In this document: piece by piece, positions 13,188 through 26,198 of the stretch
Layout of the letters: every line of letters starts with the position of its first letter
Position numbering within the stretch: the first letter of the stretch is position 1
Assembly: GCF_006345805.1 (NCBI RefSeq)
Contig: NC_043000.1
Location: 68,696,001-68,760,000, forward strand
DNA from: Octopus sinensis
Lineage: Eukaryota
DNA: 64,000 nt
Reading direction: 5' to 3'
Notes under the pieces: generated by a model
The model's database searches: none
Seen by the model: only the letters and a program-made list of their open reading frames with translations
Told to the model about the DNA's origin: nothing
Position numbers and translations under genes: made by a program

Positions 13188-14460
13188 TACGATGGTGGAC
13201 TAAAAGGTTCATATGCTGACTATGAAAGAAAAAATCTAGATCTGTAAAATCTTCCATGTATTAATTTGAAATCTTATTAATAACTACATTGTTTCTTTTC
13301 AGGTAAACTCATTTCTGATTCTTCAAAGAAGATTTCAAAAGTAATTAGTAGCAACTTCTGTTGAAAATTGACAAAACTTGGCATCGTGTTGTTATCAAGT
13401 ACCTGCAGAAAAAGGGTGTAACCCCCAAGGACAGTCATGCTGACATGATTGTTAGATTAGGAGTGACGTTCCAGATTTAGCGACAGTGCAAGTCAGCTGA
13501 ATTTAGGACGGGTAGGGAGAGTCTTGAAGATGACTGAAGCTCTGGACGTCCTGCAACTGCCACCACCAAGGAATACATTGATCATGTTCACCACATGATG
13601 ATGGATGACAGGTAATTGTCTATAAATCAAATCGCCAAAGCTATTAGTATATCCCGCGAGAGAGTTGAGAATATTCTGCGCAATGAACTTGGCATGACGA
13701 AGGTTTCTTCTTGGTGGGTGCCATATTTTCTGACACCTGATCAAAAGCACACCCGGCTGATCACATTAGGGGAAAATCGGACATTGTTTCGGGCAGATCC
13801 AGATGGTTTCCTGGAACGATTTTTAACCCAGGATGAGCGTTGGGTTTATCTCTTTGAGCCAGAGACAGACAATCCATGCAGTGAAAACACCCATCACCAT
13901 GCAGTGAAAACACCCCTCATCTGTTCTAAAGAAGGCCAAGGTCATTTCATCTGCAGGGAACGTACTGCCTCAGTTTTTGGCAAGCAAAAGGCATTGTGTT
14001 TATTGACTATCTTAAAAAGGACCACACCATCAATGGCGAGTGTTATGCAAAATTGCTTAGTCAGTTACAAAAGGCTATCAGACGCCCAGGGACACTGGTG
14101 AAAGGGATCCTGTTTCATCAGGGCAATCTTCCAGCATATAAGTCTTTGGGTTAAATGGCTGCTCTACGTGACTGACTTTGAACTGGTTGATCAGCCTCCC
14201 TATTCTCTTGATTTGGCCCTATCTATTATCCATTAGCCAACATGAAAAAAGACTTGGCTAGGAACCAGTATCTCAGTGATGACAACGTCATATCTGCTGT
14301 TGCTACTAGTTACTTTTGAAGTCTTCTTTGAGCAGTCAGATGCTAACTTACCTGGAAAAAAATGCAATTATTAAGAAAAGTTAAAATCAATGCATGCAAG
14401 ATTTCGTAGTTCTAGCACTCCTTCAAAGCCAGCCTATGATCTTTCCAACCCACCTTCGTA
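13188..14460 (+). mobile_element. Mariner transposon, full-length but decayed, with TIRs and TA TSD
   Basis: Left TIR tacgatggtggactaaaaggttcatatgctgac; right gccagcctatgatctttccaacccaccttcgta. Transposase remnants WHRVVIKYLQKKG, WVPYFLT, LTQDERWV, PPYSLDLAL. Confidence 0.9.
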
Positions 14461-14493
14461 TATACATACATACACGCATACATACATGTGTGT

Positions 14494-14575
<82 letters not shown>

Positions 14576-14935
14576 ATTTCTTCATTAATTATATTAACTT
14601 CAAATTGCCTTTGTCTTTCGCTTTGAAATATTCCATTTGTATTGAATTTGAAATACTGATATGAAACTATTGTTTCATATCAGTTAATGTATTCCATACC
14701 ATAGAGAGTGCTCTCTAGGTGTGTCCACTTTTTTGATATTCAACAGAAATTCCTAGATTCACTTAAGGAGGCATTCTTAATTCATATAGTATTATTTAAC
14801 TCTTTGGGCGTGTTGATATCTGAGCACATTTGCTTGTACTTAACGATCAGCGTGAATACGGGTATATATGCATGTCTATATACATACACTACACATACAT
14901 GCATGCATACATACATACATACATACATACATACA

Positions 14936-14970
<35 letters not shown>

Positions 14971-15532
14971 GTGTGTGTGTGTGTGTCTGTCTGTATGTAT
15001 GTATGTATATATTATATGTATGTGAGAGAGTGAGAGTGAGAGAGAGTGTGTGTGAGAGAGAGTGTGTGTGTGTGAGTGTGTGTGTAAAACAATTTTTTTT
15101 TAACTTTTAAATTTTAACTTTTGAATTTTAAAATAGGCATAGTATATTTCTATACATGGGCGTAAAATACAAATACGTAGGAATACTTTGACATATATAA
15201 AGTCATACACTCGTGCGTGCACGCACCCGCACACATTCACACACGCACACACACGCACGCGTACACATACGCACGCGCGCACACACACACGCGTACACAC
15301 ACACACACATGCGCAGGCATAAATCAGGATAGAGAAGTAGATAAGGTAAGTCCAAACAACTTTGAGTTTTTTAATAATCAACTCAAGAAACTAGGAGGGT
15401 GAATCCTCGAATAGATCTTCGTTACACCTTTAACGATCAACTATTGAAAATCCTTTCCAATTCTAGAATATATTTCTAAAGAAATGTGTTTATAGGCGTA
15501 GGTGTGGCTGTGTGGTAAGCAGCTTCCTTACG

Positions 15533-17550
15533 CTTGTTGTAAACGGACGTCTTTTTTTCGGCTGCTTGATGTCACGTCTTTCGTCGTGAAATATTGAACT
15601 TTGAGGCTCGACTACAGGTAGGTGTTTGTTGTATTTTTTTAGGGCTTAGTGGAGTTTGTTGCCTTGTATTTAATATTTTTTGGTGAGCAACAGCCTCCAC
15701 TCTGCTCCAGACATTTGCCTGTCTGTGGTCGTGCATAAAGACTCACTTTGCAGTGAGAATTGTATTTTTTTGAAGAGGCGTAGCCCCTATGCAAAAATTA
15801 ATTTGTTTACGAAAATTGTCTTCGTGTCTGTGAATTTCTACTGGATTACCAAGGAGTACCAAGGCAGGAAGGACTATTTTTGCAGCTGGAGTACCTGTAT
15901 CGGACTTGTGGAATTGTGTTGCCGTTGATTGAACTGTCCTCCTTCGTCTTTTCTCTTTCCGTTCTTTTTTTGTGTTTATTACTGAACTTTTATTTAGAAC
16001 ATTTGAACTTTTGTTGACCTCTTTTTTGTTTCTTTGTGGTTTTAAATCATGGCAACAAAGAACACTACTGTGCTGGAGTGGAAATTGTACCCTCCAAGCA
16101 GTGGATAGAGGACCGAAATGAGAAAATGGTGGTGTTGAGGACATACTCCAAGTCACTCGACACCATCACTGTGTTCTCTCAGGACGAAATTGAAAAAGAG
16201 TTGGCAGAATACCTACCAACTATCAAGTATATTGCAAGGGGTGTCAAATTTGCAACAGTGTGTTTACTGTTTGACACTAGCTTGTTTGCTAGTCAGCCCC
16301 TGGAAGGGGAAAAATTTTGTTTCTCCCCACATATCGTGGAAGGAAATTGACAAGAGGCTGGGTGAGTAGCCTGCCAACCTGAATAGAGCCTGAGTGGATA
16401 GAGAACACTATCCGCCGGGATCTGGGTGGCAGCGGAGCCAGGCTCTTGAATGTTAGAATGCTTCCTGTGGCTGATTGGGTGGGATCGAACGCAATTTTGA
16501 CCCTATCGACCCAATCAGCCAAAGATCTGGTCTTCCCAGATTTTCTAAAGATGGCCGGTTCTAGGTATCCGGTGACTCTTGAGGGACGCCCCCCCCCCAA
16601 GTGTCACCTGTGCCAGGAATCGGGTCATTAAGAGGAAGTGCCCCAACAACCATGCAAGAGCACTGGAAAAATTAATAGAGGAGGATGTTTTTCCTCCAAC
16701 GGAGCCTCCTGGGCATAAAAAGCAGGGAGGTGTAGAAAAAGTCGAGGAGGAGGTAACCCCCTCGAAAGGAAAAAAGAAAGAAGGTGGACAACAATGGTTG
16801 CCCACCGATGGATCCCGTGGCGGCGGGAGGGACAAGCCAGAGGAACCTCGCTCTCCCGACGCGAAAAAGGGGGAAAAAAAGAAAAGAAAGAAAAACGGGG
16901 CATCGCCGGGGGTTGCTGGTGCACCGACGGCATGTTCCGAAACCCCTTCGGTGGAACGTGAGCCACCGGAGCGAGAGGCTCTGTCAGTAGGAATTGTGCC
17001 ACTAACAGAGTGGGCTGAGACCCCTCCCCGTGAGGAGGACGTGAAACCCGTCGTTTTCTATCTCAGGGAAGGGCCTATCGAGAAGTGCTTGGACGGTCTT
17101 CCAGGCCGAGAACGATTGGACTCAGTTTGTATAGACTGTCCAGACTGGCCTCCGCAGGTGGCTGCGGACGTCGTGAGTCAGAAGGAACTGTTCAAGGTCA
17201 TGGTGACCTGTAATAAGAAAGACTTTGCTTTCCTCTTTCCGGGTTCCGACCTGCTGATGCAGGCTTTCCTGCAGGCGGCATGTCATTTGCTTGGGGGCTC
17301 CGATGAGGAGGAATGATCTTATAGATTGAATAATTTATTATATATATTTGTAATGGACTATTAAGTCCAATAATTGTCGTTTTTGATGGCAAAAAAAGAA
17401 CAATGTTTTAGAGAAGCAGAAAAGCGGCGGACGTTTTCTGCCTTCTCTCATCAATATCATCCTTGTTTCATCATTCACTTCATCAATGTATATGTCCAGC
17501 CCGCAAGCTACTCTTTGTAATGCCTTTATGGCAAATCTTAATGAAATAAA
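15533..17550 (+). mobile_element. ORF1-only (HAL1-like) non-autonomous retrotransposon related to Tx1
   Basis: About 500-bp 5' UTR, then a frameshifted ORF1 (~16,049-17,316) with PTYRGRKLTRGW, VTLEGRPPPKCHLCQESGH and, after a frameshift, RKCP (zinc knuckle). A 234-bp 3' UTR ends in aatgaaataaa. No ORF2. TSD gcagcttccttacg / gtagcttgcttacg. Confidence 0.8.
16049..17316 (+). pseudogene. Tx1-type ORF1p (gag-like, CCHC knuckle), about 3 frameshifts
   Basis: Stitches ORF-track segments 16036-16350, 16446-16631 and 16579-17316. Parallels the ORF1 motifs of the Tx1 at 30,200-30,500 (LYPTYLSKRTTRIRVNGVPP). Confidence 0.75.
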
Positions 17551-18002
17551 GTAGCTTGCTTACGAACCACATAGTTCCGGGTTCAGTCCCACTGCGTGGC
17601 ACTTGGGCAAGTGTCTTCTACTATAGCCTCGGGCCGACCAAAGCCTTGTGAGTGGATTTGGTAGACGGAAACTGAAAGAAGCCCGTCGTATATATGTATA
17701 TATATATATATATTTGTATGTGTGTGCGTATATGTTTGGGTGCCTGTGTTTGTCCCCCAACATCGCTTGACAACCGATGCTGGTGTGTTTACGTCCCCGT
17801 AACTTAGCGGTGTAGCGAAAAGAGACCGATAGAATAAGTACTAGGCTTACAAAGAATAAGTTCTAGGGTCGATTTGCTCGACTGAAGGCGGTGCTCCAGC
17901 ATGATCACATTCACATGACTGAAACAAGTAAAGAGATTATCCGTACGGTAAATTTGTTTCCCTATATTTATATATCCGAGATACTTACACACACATATCT
18001 AT

Positions 18003-18060
<58 letters not shown>

Positions 18061-18065
18061 CTATC

Positions 18066-18121
<56 letters not shown>

Positions 18122-18525
18122 CTTATCTATCTATATATCTATTTAATTATGTATGTATGTATGTATTTAAGCATATATTTATTTGAGTATAAGGTGCATA
18201 GAAATTACACTTCCAGACCATGGCGAAAATTGAGATCCTGCATATTAAAATGATTACGTGATCGTAGGTATCAACAAAAAGAATTTTTTGATATATTTAT
18301 CATGCATCAGAAGGTATTTTTATGATGTTATTGAGAAAGAATTTTGGTATATGTCAACAAATTGCAATTTGTTCACTTTTTAGTTTAGCATTATCCCAAA
18401 ATAAGGAATGAAGTAGAGTTTCTCAGTAAAGCAGAAGTTACCGCATTTGGATAGTTACTAAATGCTTGTACTTTATCTTTGCTGCGTCGCTTGATATCCA
18501 CTTATACTTCGGCTTTTGAATTAGT

Positions 18526-18606
<81 letters not shown>

Positions 18607-19049
18607 GCAGCTTGCTGAAACGCTATACAATCCATTATTCCTTAATATTTACACTTTAGAGGCAAAACTATATATTTTGGAATTTGCGTGTCGGATCTTT
18701 TTGCTCTGCGCTTGTCGGCAATATTTTTACATTTTTGGTTTTAACCTCTAGTCAGTACAATTCATGTGATTGAAATTGGATACACGGAAACTGTGGAAGA
18801 TAGTCGGATAGATTGACATTGTAATTCAAAGGTCTAGCTACGTCGCACTGCATCACGCGCCCTCTACTTGCGAATTAATCAAGTGTGCACGTGTCAGTGG
18901 TATACTCAGCCAATTCGAATATTAATTCAATGAGCAAGCAATTGAATTGATCGAACAGCTGAGAACATGCAATGAAATATTCTGACCGAAATCCATTCAG
19001 TTGTGTGTGCGCGTGTGAGTGTTAAACGCAAAAATTCCCACCCGGAAAA

Positions 19050-19480
19050 ATTGTAACAATACTGGTTTGCCAGTTGCTGCTTTCAGTTCCTCAAACATTT
19101 TTTACTTTTTTACATTTTTTTCTGGTGCTGGTTGTGTCTCTTAGGAAGTTTCCTAAATTTTATATTCTTAATTATGTTATAGAGTTCCTCCTCAAACGGT
19201 GCCATGTATCAAATGGGTAGGTGGGGGGTACTCCTCAGAGAATTAAGTACCCGCTGGAGCGTTTCTTCAAATTCATTGATATCGCTCGCTTTAATTCTCT
19301 TGCCAGAGAAGAACGCTTCCATCTCATTCTATGGATAAAGGAGTTTTTACTGACCTTTAGCTTATTTCAGGTACTCCTTTTTGTTTAATATAGGTATGTC
19401 CTTAAGGGAAACATCAAATATGATCTTTTCCTTCTTTCAAGCAGCATTGTGATAGCGACTTTATTCGGGTGTTGAATTAA
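19050..19480 (-). mobile_element. Penelope-like element ORF N-terminus remnant
   Basis: Minus translation across stops and frameshifts: FDVSLKDIPILNKKEYLK...IHRMRWK...MAPFEEELYNIIKNIKFRK. Parallels KEYLKELINKIKQVIKRRWKAY at ~41,740. Confidence 0.7.
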
Positions 19481-19687
19481 AGTCTCTGTTATTTAATACT
19501 ATCTGGGTAATAACCTTATAGCGTGCATTCCAAAGCGCCGCTTCAGGTATCGGCTACCAGAGGCTTTCATACTGTAGGACTTCTCCTTTTATTGGATATA
19601 CTTGTGAAAATTTGCGAATATTAGTTGAGTCTGTACAAAAGAATTTCAATACGAGAAGATGGGATGAACATGCTTTATTACAAATCG

Positions 19688-19762
<75 letters not shown>

Positions 19763-19786
19763 TATACACGCATGCTCGCATATATA

Positions 19787-20013
19787 TATTTCTTTACTAC
19801 CCACAGAGGGCTAAACATAGAGGGGACAAACAAAGACAGACAAACGGATTAAGTCGATTACATCGACCCCAGTGCGAAACTGGTACTTTATTTATCGACC
19901 CCGAAAGGATGAAAGGCAAAGTCGACCTCGGCGGAATTTGAACTCAGAACGTAACGACAGACGAAATACCGCTAAGCATTTCGCCCGGCGCGCTAACGTG
20001 TCTGCCAGCTTGC
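19787..20013 (-). mobile_element. Meta-type SINE with Tx1-like tail
   Basis: tatttctttactacccacagagggctaaac...ggatgaaaggcaaagtcgacctcggcggaatttgaactc...ctgccagct. Confidence 0.92.
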
Positions 20014-21329
20014 ATGCACATATACACATGCATGCACACTCACACAAGAAATGATTTCATCCATTATGTAAATATTCACTACTAGTTGAAAATGATAAGA
20101 CCTCTCACATTCCTGAGCCGAAGCCTTAGATATTTTGTCTCAGCATTTTTCTGGATCGTGCCAGTAAAGGGGAGAGGGTCTACCAGGAGTTATGAAAGTC
20201 GATTTGGATCTAAGTTCTGTATACGTATAGCCGCCGATGGATGCAAACCTGACGATTGGAACGCACGTAGTCACCGATCTGCACATAAACAGTCAGTCAT
20301 GGTCTTCTTCGGACCTTCAATGACACCTATCATCATCAGCTGTATGAGTATGATTGTGTTGGATGCCATATATTGTGTCTGTACGAAATATATGTTTACA
20401 TTTCTTACGTTTTACTGAAGGAGGAGGGGTAGGGCCCCATGACCTTTCACAAGTTTCGTGACCTTCTGCAGGACCTCTCAGACTTGGTGGAGAAATAGAA
20501 GAAAAATACAGTACACAGGTTATTGCAATAGGAAACATCATATCAAGAAAGAGGTGATCTTTAGACCGGACGAAGACATGGTTCGAAAGCTGGCAATACA
20601 TTAAACTGCATCAAGAGAAACCAACGGTAGTGGTTCGTTTATTTGTAAATTTGTGTCTATTTATATATATATTTTTTATTTACAAACCAATTTCCAAACA
20701 TTCAAGTATGGTCCCACTTTTCTTCTGTTTCGTCTTTGTGGCATATCGTTTTTTTTTTCTTTTCCCCTTTCTTCCTTATTTTTGCTTGTATTTAATTTTT
20801 AATCATTTTCTTGGCGGATAATTAGAGGAAATTACAGTATTAACTATAATTTACAATGGAATTTGTAAGAATGTTCGTAACTGAAAATGTAATATAGATG
20901 TAGTTTTATCAAGACAAAATGAACGACTCAATCAAGAACTACGGACTCAAATGTTCTGAGTTTAAATCAGTTCAAAACATTTTGCAGTGTTTCTGATGGA
21001 TATTTTATTTGAGGAGATGCAGTCCACATGGTTGTCAGATGACAGAAATAAATGTCTTTCGAATTCATTTCGATCGCGCCCATTGTTAGAATTTACCCTT
21101 CACCCTTCAAGGATCAATTGAATAAAATCAGTCAAATACTAGGGTTGATTTATTCGATATGACCTTATGATAATTTAAGAAACTATTGTATTTTTTACAG
21201 GAATATAGTAACCCACCGCTCGTCTCTGGTTCCTTAGCATTTTCATATTTGTGTCACATCCAGGAAGAAATATATCTCTCATCATTAACGGATGATAGAC
21301 ACATCACTTCCTGGATATGACATTAATAT

Positions 21330-21543
21330 TGGCTTTAAATTTTAGCACAAGGCCAGCAATTTCGGAGAAAGATGTAAGTCGATTACATCGACCCCAGTGC
21401 TCAACTGATACCTATTTTTATTAACCCCGAAAAGATGAAAGCAAGGTCGACCTCGGCAGAATTTGGACACAGAACGTAAAGACAGACAAAATGCCGCTAA
21501 GCAGTTTTTGTCCGACGAGTTAACGATTCTGCTAGCTCGCCGC
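21330..21543 (-). mobile_element. Meta-type SINE
   Basis: Same core and head motifs as the other copies. Confidence 0.85.
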
Positions 21544-23767
21544 TTTAGGATGTGGTACTAATCTACAGGCAATTTCCTCAATTTTCAATCTGTGCCAGCT
21601 CATAACGATTAACTACATCACCTTATGGCTTCTATTTATCGGCAATTGGAAATTAAATAAAGCTTCCCAAAAGTACTCATTCCCATTCCACAAGACTGAT
21701 TCGTCATCATATACACATACACGTTAAACTTTAGCTTAAATCATATAAATAGAATATTTCTGATTATAAATGAGCAGATTTTACTTCAAAATGACGCTTC
21801 GCCACTTTAACGTTAGAATACCGATTTCATAGTGAGAATAACCATCTCAAAGTAGGAGCAGCAGTTTTTAAGTTGGGACTGACATCGAATTTGATAGAAA
21901 ATATAGCATCACCACATTCATGACATCATTTGCAACGTCAACTAAGTGAACTTTTCTGATTAATTACACCAGTTAAGCAATGAAACAATAAGCTAATCAT
22001 ATAGTTGTAATACATTTTTTTTTATTTCTAGCGGTGGTGGGTTGGCTATAACAAAAGTCCAGTTCTAATTATCTGAGAATAGTAACTCGGTATACGACTT
22101 TTGTTGCACCAACAGGACTGATCGCTACCTCTGCATGAATATTTGGTAGAGTAAGTTCAGGTCTGGTGGCCTTACTTTATATACAGAAAGTAATTCCTCT
22201 TTGAGACTAAGTACTGACAAATACACCGATAGATGATTCAAACGGCAACTTGAATATCTTGAATGGAAACCTCAATCCCAAGGCACTGAAAGTAAAACCT
22301 GTTTGGAGAATTATCAGATGAAGTCAGGTTAAGTTTTGTTTAAGTGAAGAGTGCTCAATTTGAAATCGTGTTTTTCATTTTAAAATGACACGTATTCATT
22401 TACAAAATACAAATATTGTGATATCAAACTGAAAATCTCTAGCTGGATACTACAGTATCAAATCAACAGTAAAACCGATTATACATTAACAGATACCCCT
22501 TAACACTGTCGTAGAATTTCACACGTTATGCTCTCGCTTAGTTGTAATAACTCAAATTGATGTTCATTAGTAGTGTGTCGTCATATATGATTTACATTTC
22601 ATATAAAAGGGAAATGTTTGGGATTTTACATTCTGATTTTCTGTTTATTTTTTTATCTGTTCGTTTCTCTTTCAGCTGTAATAATTAGACTTGCCGTTTA
22701 ATCCCAAGTTGACACATACCCTAAAACTTGGTTGATACTTTATTTTATCTAACCTGGAGGACTGAAAAGTAAAGTTAACCTCGACGGGATTTGAAATCAA
22801 AAAGGAATTGGAAAAAGACTCATTTCTATCAATGATTCGCGGCCAAGAATATGATAACGCAGTACTTATGGCTGAACTGAGGGCAGGTGCTAAACAAAAA
22901 TTCTTGAAGTTAGCTTAAAAGGTGTGTTTATGAATTGCGAAAACCACATCTTCAAATGGGCTTGTGTCCATAAAAGTAGTGAGGTACAACGCGTTGCTTG
23001 ATTTTTTTTTTTTTTTCAGTGCTGGAAAAATTGCTTACTTTTATTTTTTGGACTTCAACCAATGAAAAGCCGCTTAATACACTCTAACTTCTGTTCCGCA
23101 AACGTACTGTCTTCTCTCTACGTCTTTTCTTTTGCAACTCTGCTTCCCAGACATGGTTAGTGTCATGCCACGTCCACTCACACATTCTTAATACACTTGT
23201 CTCTTCTCTCATCAACCATTCTGTGTCCACCCCTGGCCTCGTAGTAACCAATACACCCAGTTCTTTATGTCCAATACACGCTTTTGTTCCCGCAGCTGTT
23301 GACTTAACAACAGTTGAGTGTCAATGTCACCGGTCTTCAAAAGAAACCGACAAAATGTTTTTTAAAGTGATTCTAGTAGTGACCAGCGCGTTATTTTTTC
23401 AAGAATAGTTTATCCAATATGGATTTAGAAAAGAAAAAAAAAAACAGAAAAGCTGTGTAAATTAGAGATTTAGTTACTCTTTCTTGCAGGTTGCGTCACC
23501 ACGTAGAGGTATCCAGATGGACTTTGATCAGAAGCATATTAATGTTGGTGGCAGTCACTGTAGTAGTAGTATAACACCAGTGATAATTTTAGTAGTAGTA
23601 GTAGCAGCAGCAACAACAGCAGTAGTAGTAGTAGTAGCAGCAGCAACAACAACAGCAGTAGTAGTAATGGTTGTATAGTGGTGTAATAATGGTCATAGTG
23701 ATAGTAGCTGTATGTTAGCGGGAATGGTGGCGGTGGTGTTATAGGAAGAAACTAGTATTATTATAAT

Positions 23768-24165
23768 ATTCTCTTCTACTCTAGGTACAAGGCCCGAAAT
23801 TTGGGGGGAAGGGGCCAGTCGATTAGATCGACCCCAGTACGCAACTGGTACTTAATTTATCGACCCAAAAGGATGAAAGGCAAAGTCAGCCTCGGCGGAA
23901 TTTGAACTCAGAACGTAAAGACAGATGAAATACCTATTTCTTTACTACCCACAAGGGGCTAAACACAGAGGGGACAAACAAGGACAGACAAACGGATTGA
24001 GTCGATTACATTGACCCCAGTGCGTAACTGGTACTTATTTAATTGACCCTGGAAGGATGAAAGGTAAAGTCGACCTCGGCGGAATTTGAACTCAGAACGT
24101 AGCCGCAGACGAAATACCCCTAAGCATTTCGCCCGGCGTGCTAACGATTCTGACAGCTCGCCGCC
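23768..24165 (-). mobile_element. Dimeric Meta-type SINE (full monomer with Tx1-like tail fused to a head-truncated monomer with the other tail)
   Basis: Two tandem cores; junction gaaatacc|tatttctttactacc at ~23,933. Confidence 0.88.
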
Positions 24166-24188
24166 CCAGTATTACTAATACTACTACT

Positions 24189-24640
24189 ACTATTATCAGA
24201 GTGGCGAGGTGATAGAATTGTTAGAACACCAGACAAACTGCTTAGCGGCATTTCGTCTGTCTTTATGTTCTGAGTTTAGATGCTGATTTTTGCTTTTCAA
24301 CTTTTCGCGGTGGGTGGGTCGATAAAATTAATACCAGAAGAGTATTGTGGTCTATGTAATTGACTTAGTCTTCCCCGAAATTGCTGTCCTTGTGCCAAAA
24401 TTAGAAACTACTACCATTATTGCCATTAGGGCTGTTAGCTGGCAGAATCGTTAGCACGCCGGGCAAATTCTTTGTAACGTTTCTTACGTTTTGAGTTCAA
24501 ATTCCGCCGAGGTCGACTTGGCCTTTCATCGTTTTCGATGTCAATAAATTAAGTACCAGCAAGCAATGGGTTCGACGTAATCGGCTAGCCCTATCCCCTC
24601 CAAATTTCAGACCTTGTGCCTATAGTAGAAAGACTTATTA
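24189..24640 (+). mobile_element. Two tandem Meta-type SINEs (~24,189-24,410 and ~24,428-24,640)
   Basis: Heads gtggcgaggtgatagaattg and gttagctggcagaatcgttagc, each followed by the core and a ccttgtgcc tail. Confidence 0.82.
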
Positions 24641-24847
24641 TTATTGTTGTTGTTACGAAGATATCACGTAATAAAGCAGATCATGATGAGGAAGACGATG
24701 ACGACGACGACAGAAGGGAAGTGGGGAAAAGGATGTGTGGAAGATGTCAGTTACTTTGCTTTCTAGCTAAGGTAAACGCCTGCAGTTAATTAAATTTTGA
24801 GTTGTTCGGGAGGAAGTTAGAAGATTCTCAACCATCCCGCTGGAAAA

Positions 24848-24879
<32 letters not shown>

Positions 24880-25206
24880 AGGAAAGAATCTAGATATGAT
24901 CACATTGCAATGGAAAATATTGTAAGACAGACATTTTCCTGTCAATGTCAGACAGGCTGTAGGAGACAAAAATATGTAATCTGGCTTACTCACGTCATCA
25001 ACGACTTCAACAATGATTACCAAATGCTTGATAGGACAACAGAAAAATGTTTCCAACATGAAATTTATTAACCTTAATTCTTATTGTAAGCTTAGTACGT
25101 GGGGCTACGTTTAAAGGGAATCAAGCTTGTGAAAGCATTTTTTAAAATAAAGATATATATATATTATATCCTAGATTCAGTTGTGTTAAACTGATGATGA
25201 AAGATG

Positions 25207-25249
<43 letters not shown>

Positions 25250-25475
25250 CAGCCCCACCACCATTTATTGCAATTAACATTAACATTCCCAGACGATCTG
25301 CTACACATTTTCCAGTAGGTGAGTTAAGGCAGGTAATACTTATACATATGTCTACATATGTGTATATCTTCATCATTTTATTAATATTCTACATGTGTTT
25401 CCATCTGTTTATATCTATAGATGTGTGTAAGTGTATGTGCGTGTTATATATATATATGTGTGTGTGTGTGCGTGC

Positions 25476-25506
<31 letters not shown>

Positions 25507-25717
25507 TGTATGTATGTATGTATGTATGTACGTATGTATATATGTATGTATATAAAACGTAATGATAATAGCGATAATAATTGTGTCTAACGGGCATAAC
25601 ATTACAGATTTGTGGAGAGAGATAAGTCCATTAAATCAACTTAACTGGTACTTTATTATATTGACTCCATAGGGGTGAAAGGCAAAGGTGGTCTTAATGG
25701 CAATAATGATAATAATA

Positions 25718-25933
25718 ATGGTTTCGAATTTTGCTACAAGAGCAACGATTTGGTGGGAAAGAATGAGTCAATTACATCGACCCCAGTGTTCAACTGATAC
25801 TTATTTTATCGACTCCGAGAGGATAAAAAGCAAAGCCGACCTCGGCGGAATTTGAACTCAAAACATAGTGACGGGCGAAATGCCGCTAAGTATTTTACCC
25901 GGCGTGCTAACGATTCTGCCTGCTCGCAGCCTT
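25718..25933 (-). mobile_element. Meta-type SINE
   Basis: Core and head motifs on the minus strand. Confidence 0.85.
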
Positions 25934-26198
25934 ACTACTAATAATAATAATCCTTTCTTTATTGACCAAAAGGGCCGAACACGAAAACAATTAGGGACAA
26001 TACAAAACAAGGGATGAGTGGGACTTAAAAGTCAAAAACTTGTAAACAATAAAAACAAAATCAGTTAACAAAAACATTTAAACAACAAAACTCCCCAACA
26101 GGGGTGAGTTCCACCCAGGGACAACCAGGGTACCTCTGATCACCCAGACTGCTAAGGACACGCCAGGTAGGCACCCCCTTCCCCTCAGCTGCTCCGGC

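Larger units (their letters stand above)
15492..17935 (+). mobile_element. OK/OR-like SINE split by the 2-kb insertion at 15,533-17,550
   Basis: Head ataggcgtaggtgtggctgtgtggtaag (15,492-15,532) resumes as aaccacatagttccgggttcagtcccactg... at 17,565 and runs to the tail gactgaaacaagtaaagag. Confidence 0.9.

Noticed and set aside
20090-20640. Possible piggyBac C-terminus or Tx1 ORF1 remnant (MTFHKFRDLL; YCNRKHHIKKE)
   Set aside because: Only scattered weak words; a frameshift-aware HMM search is needed before any call.
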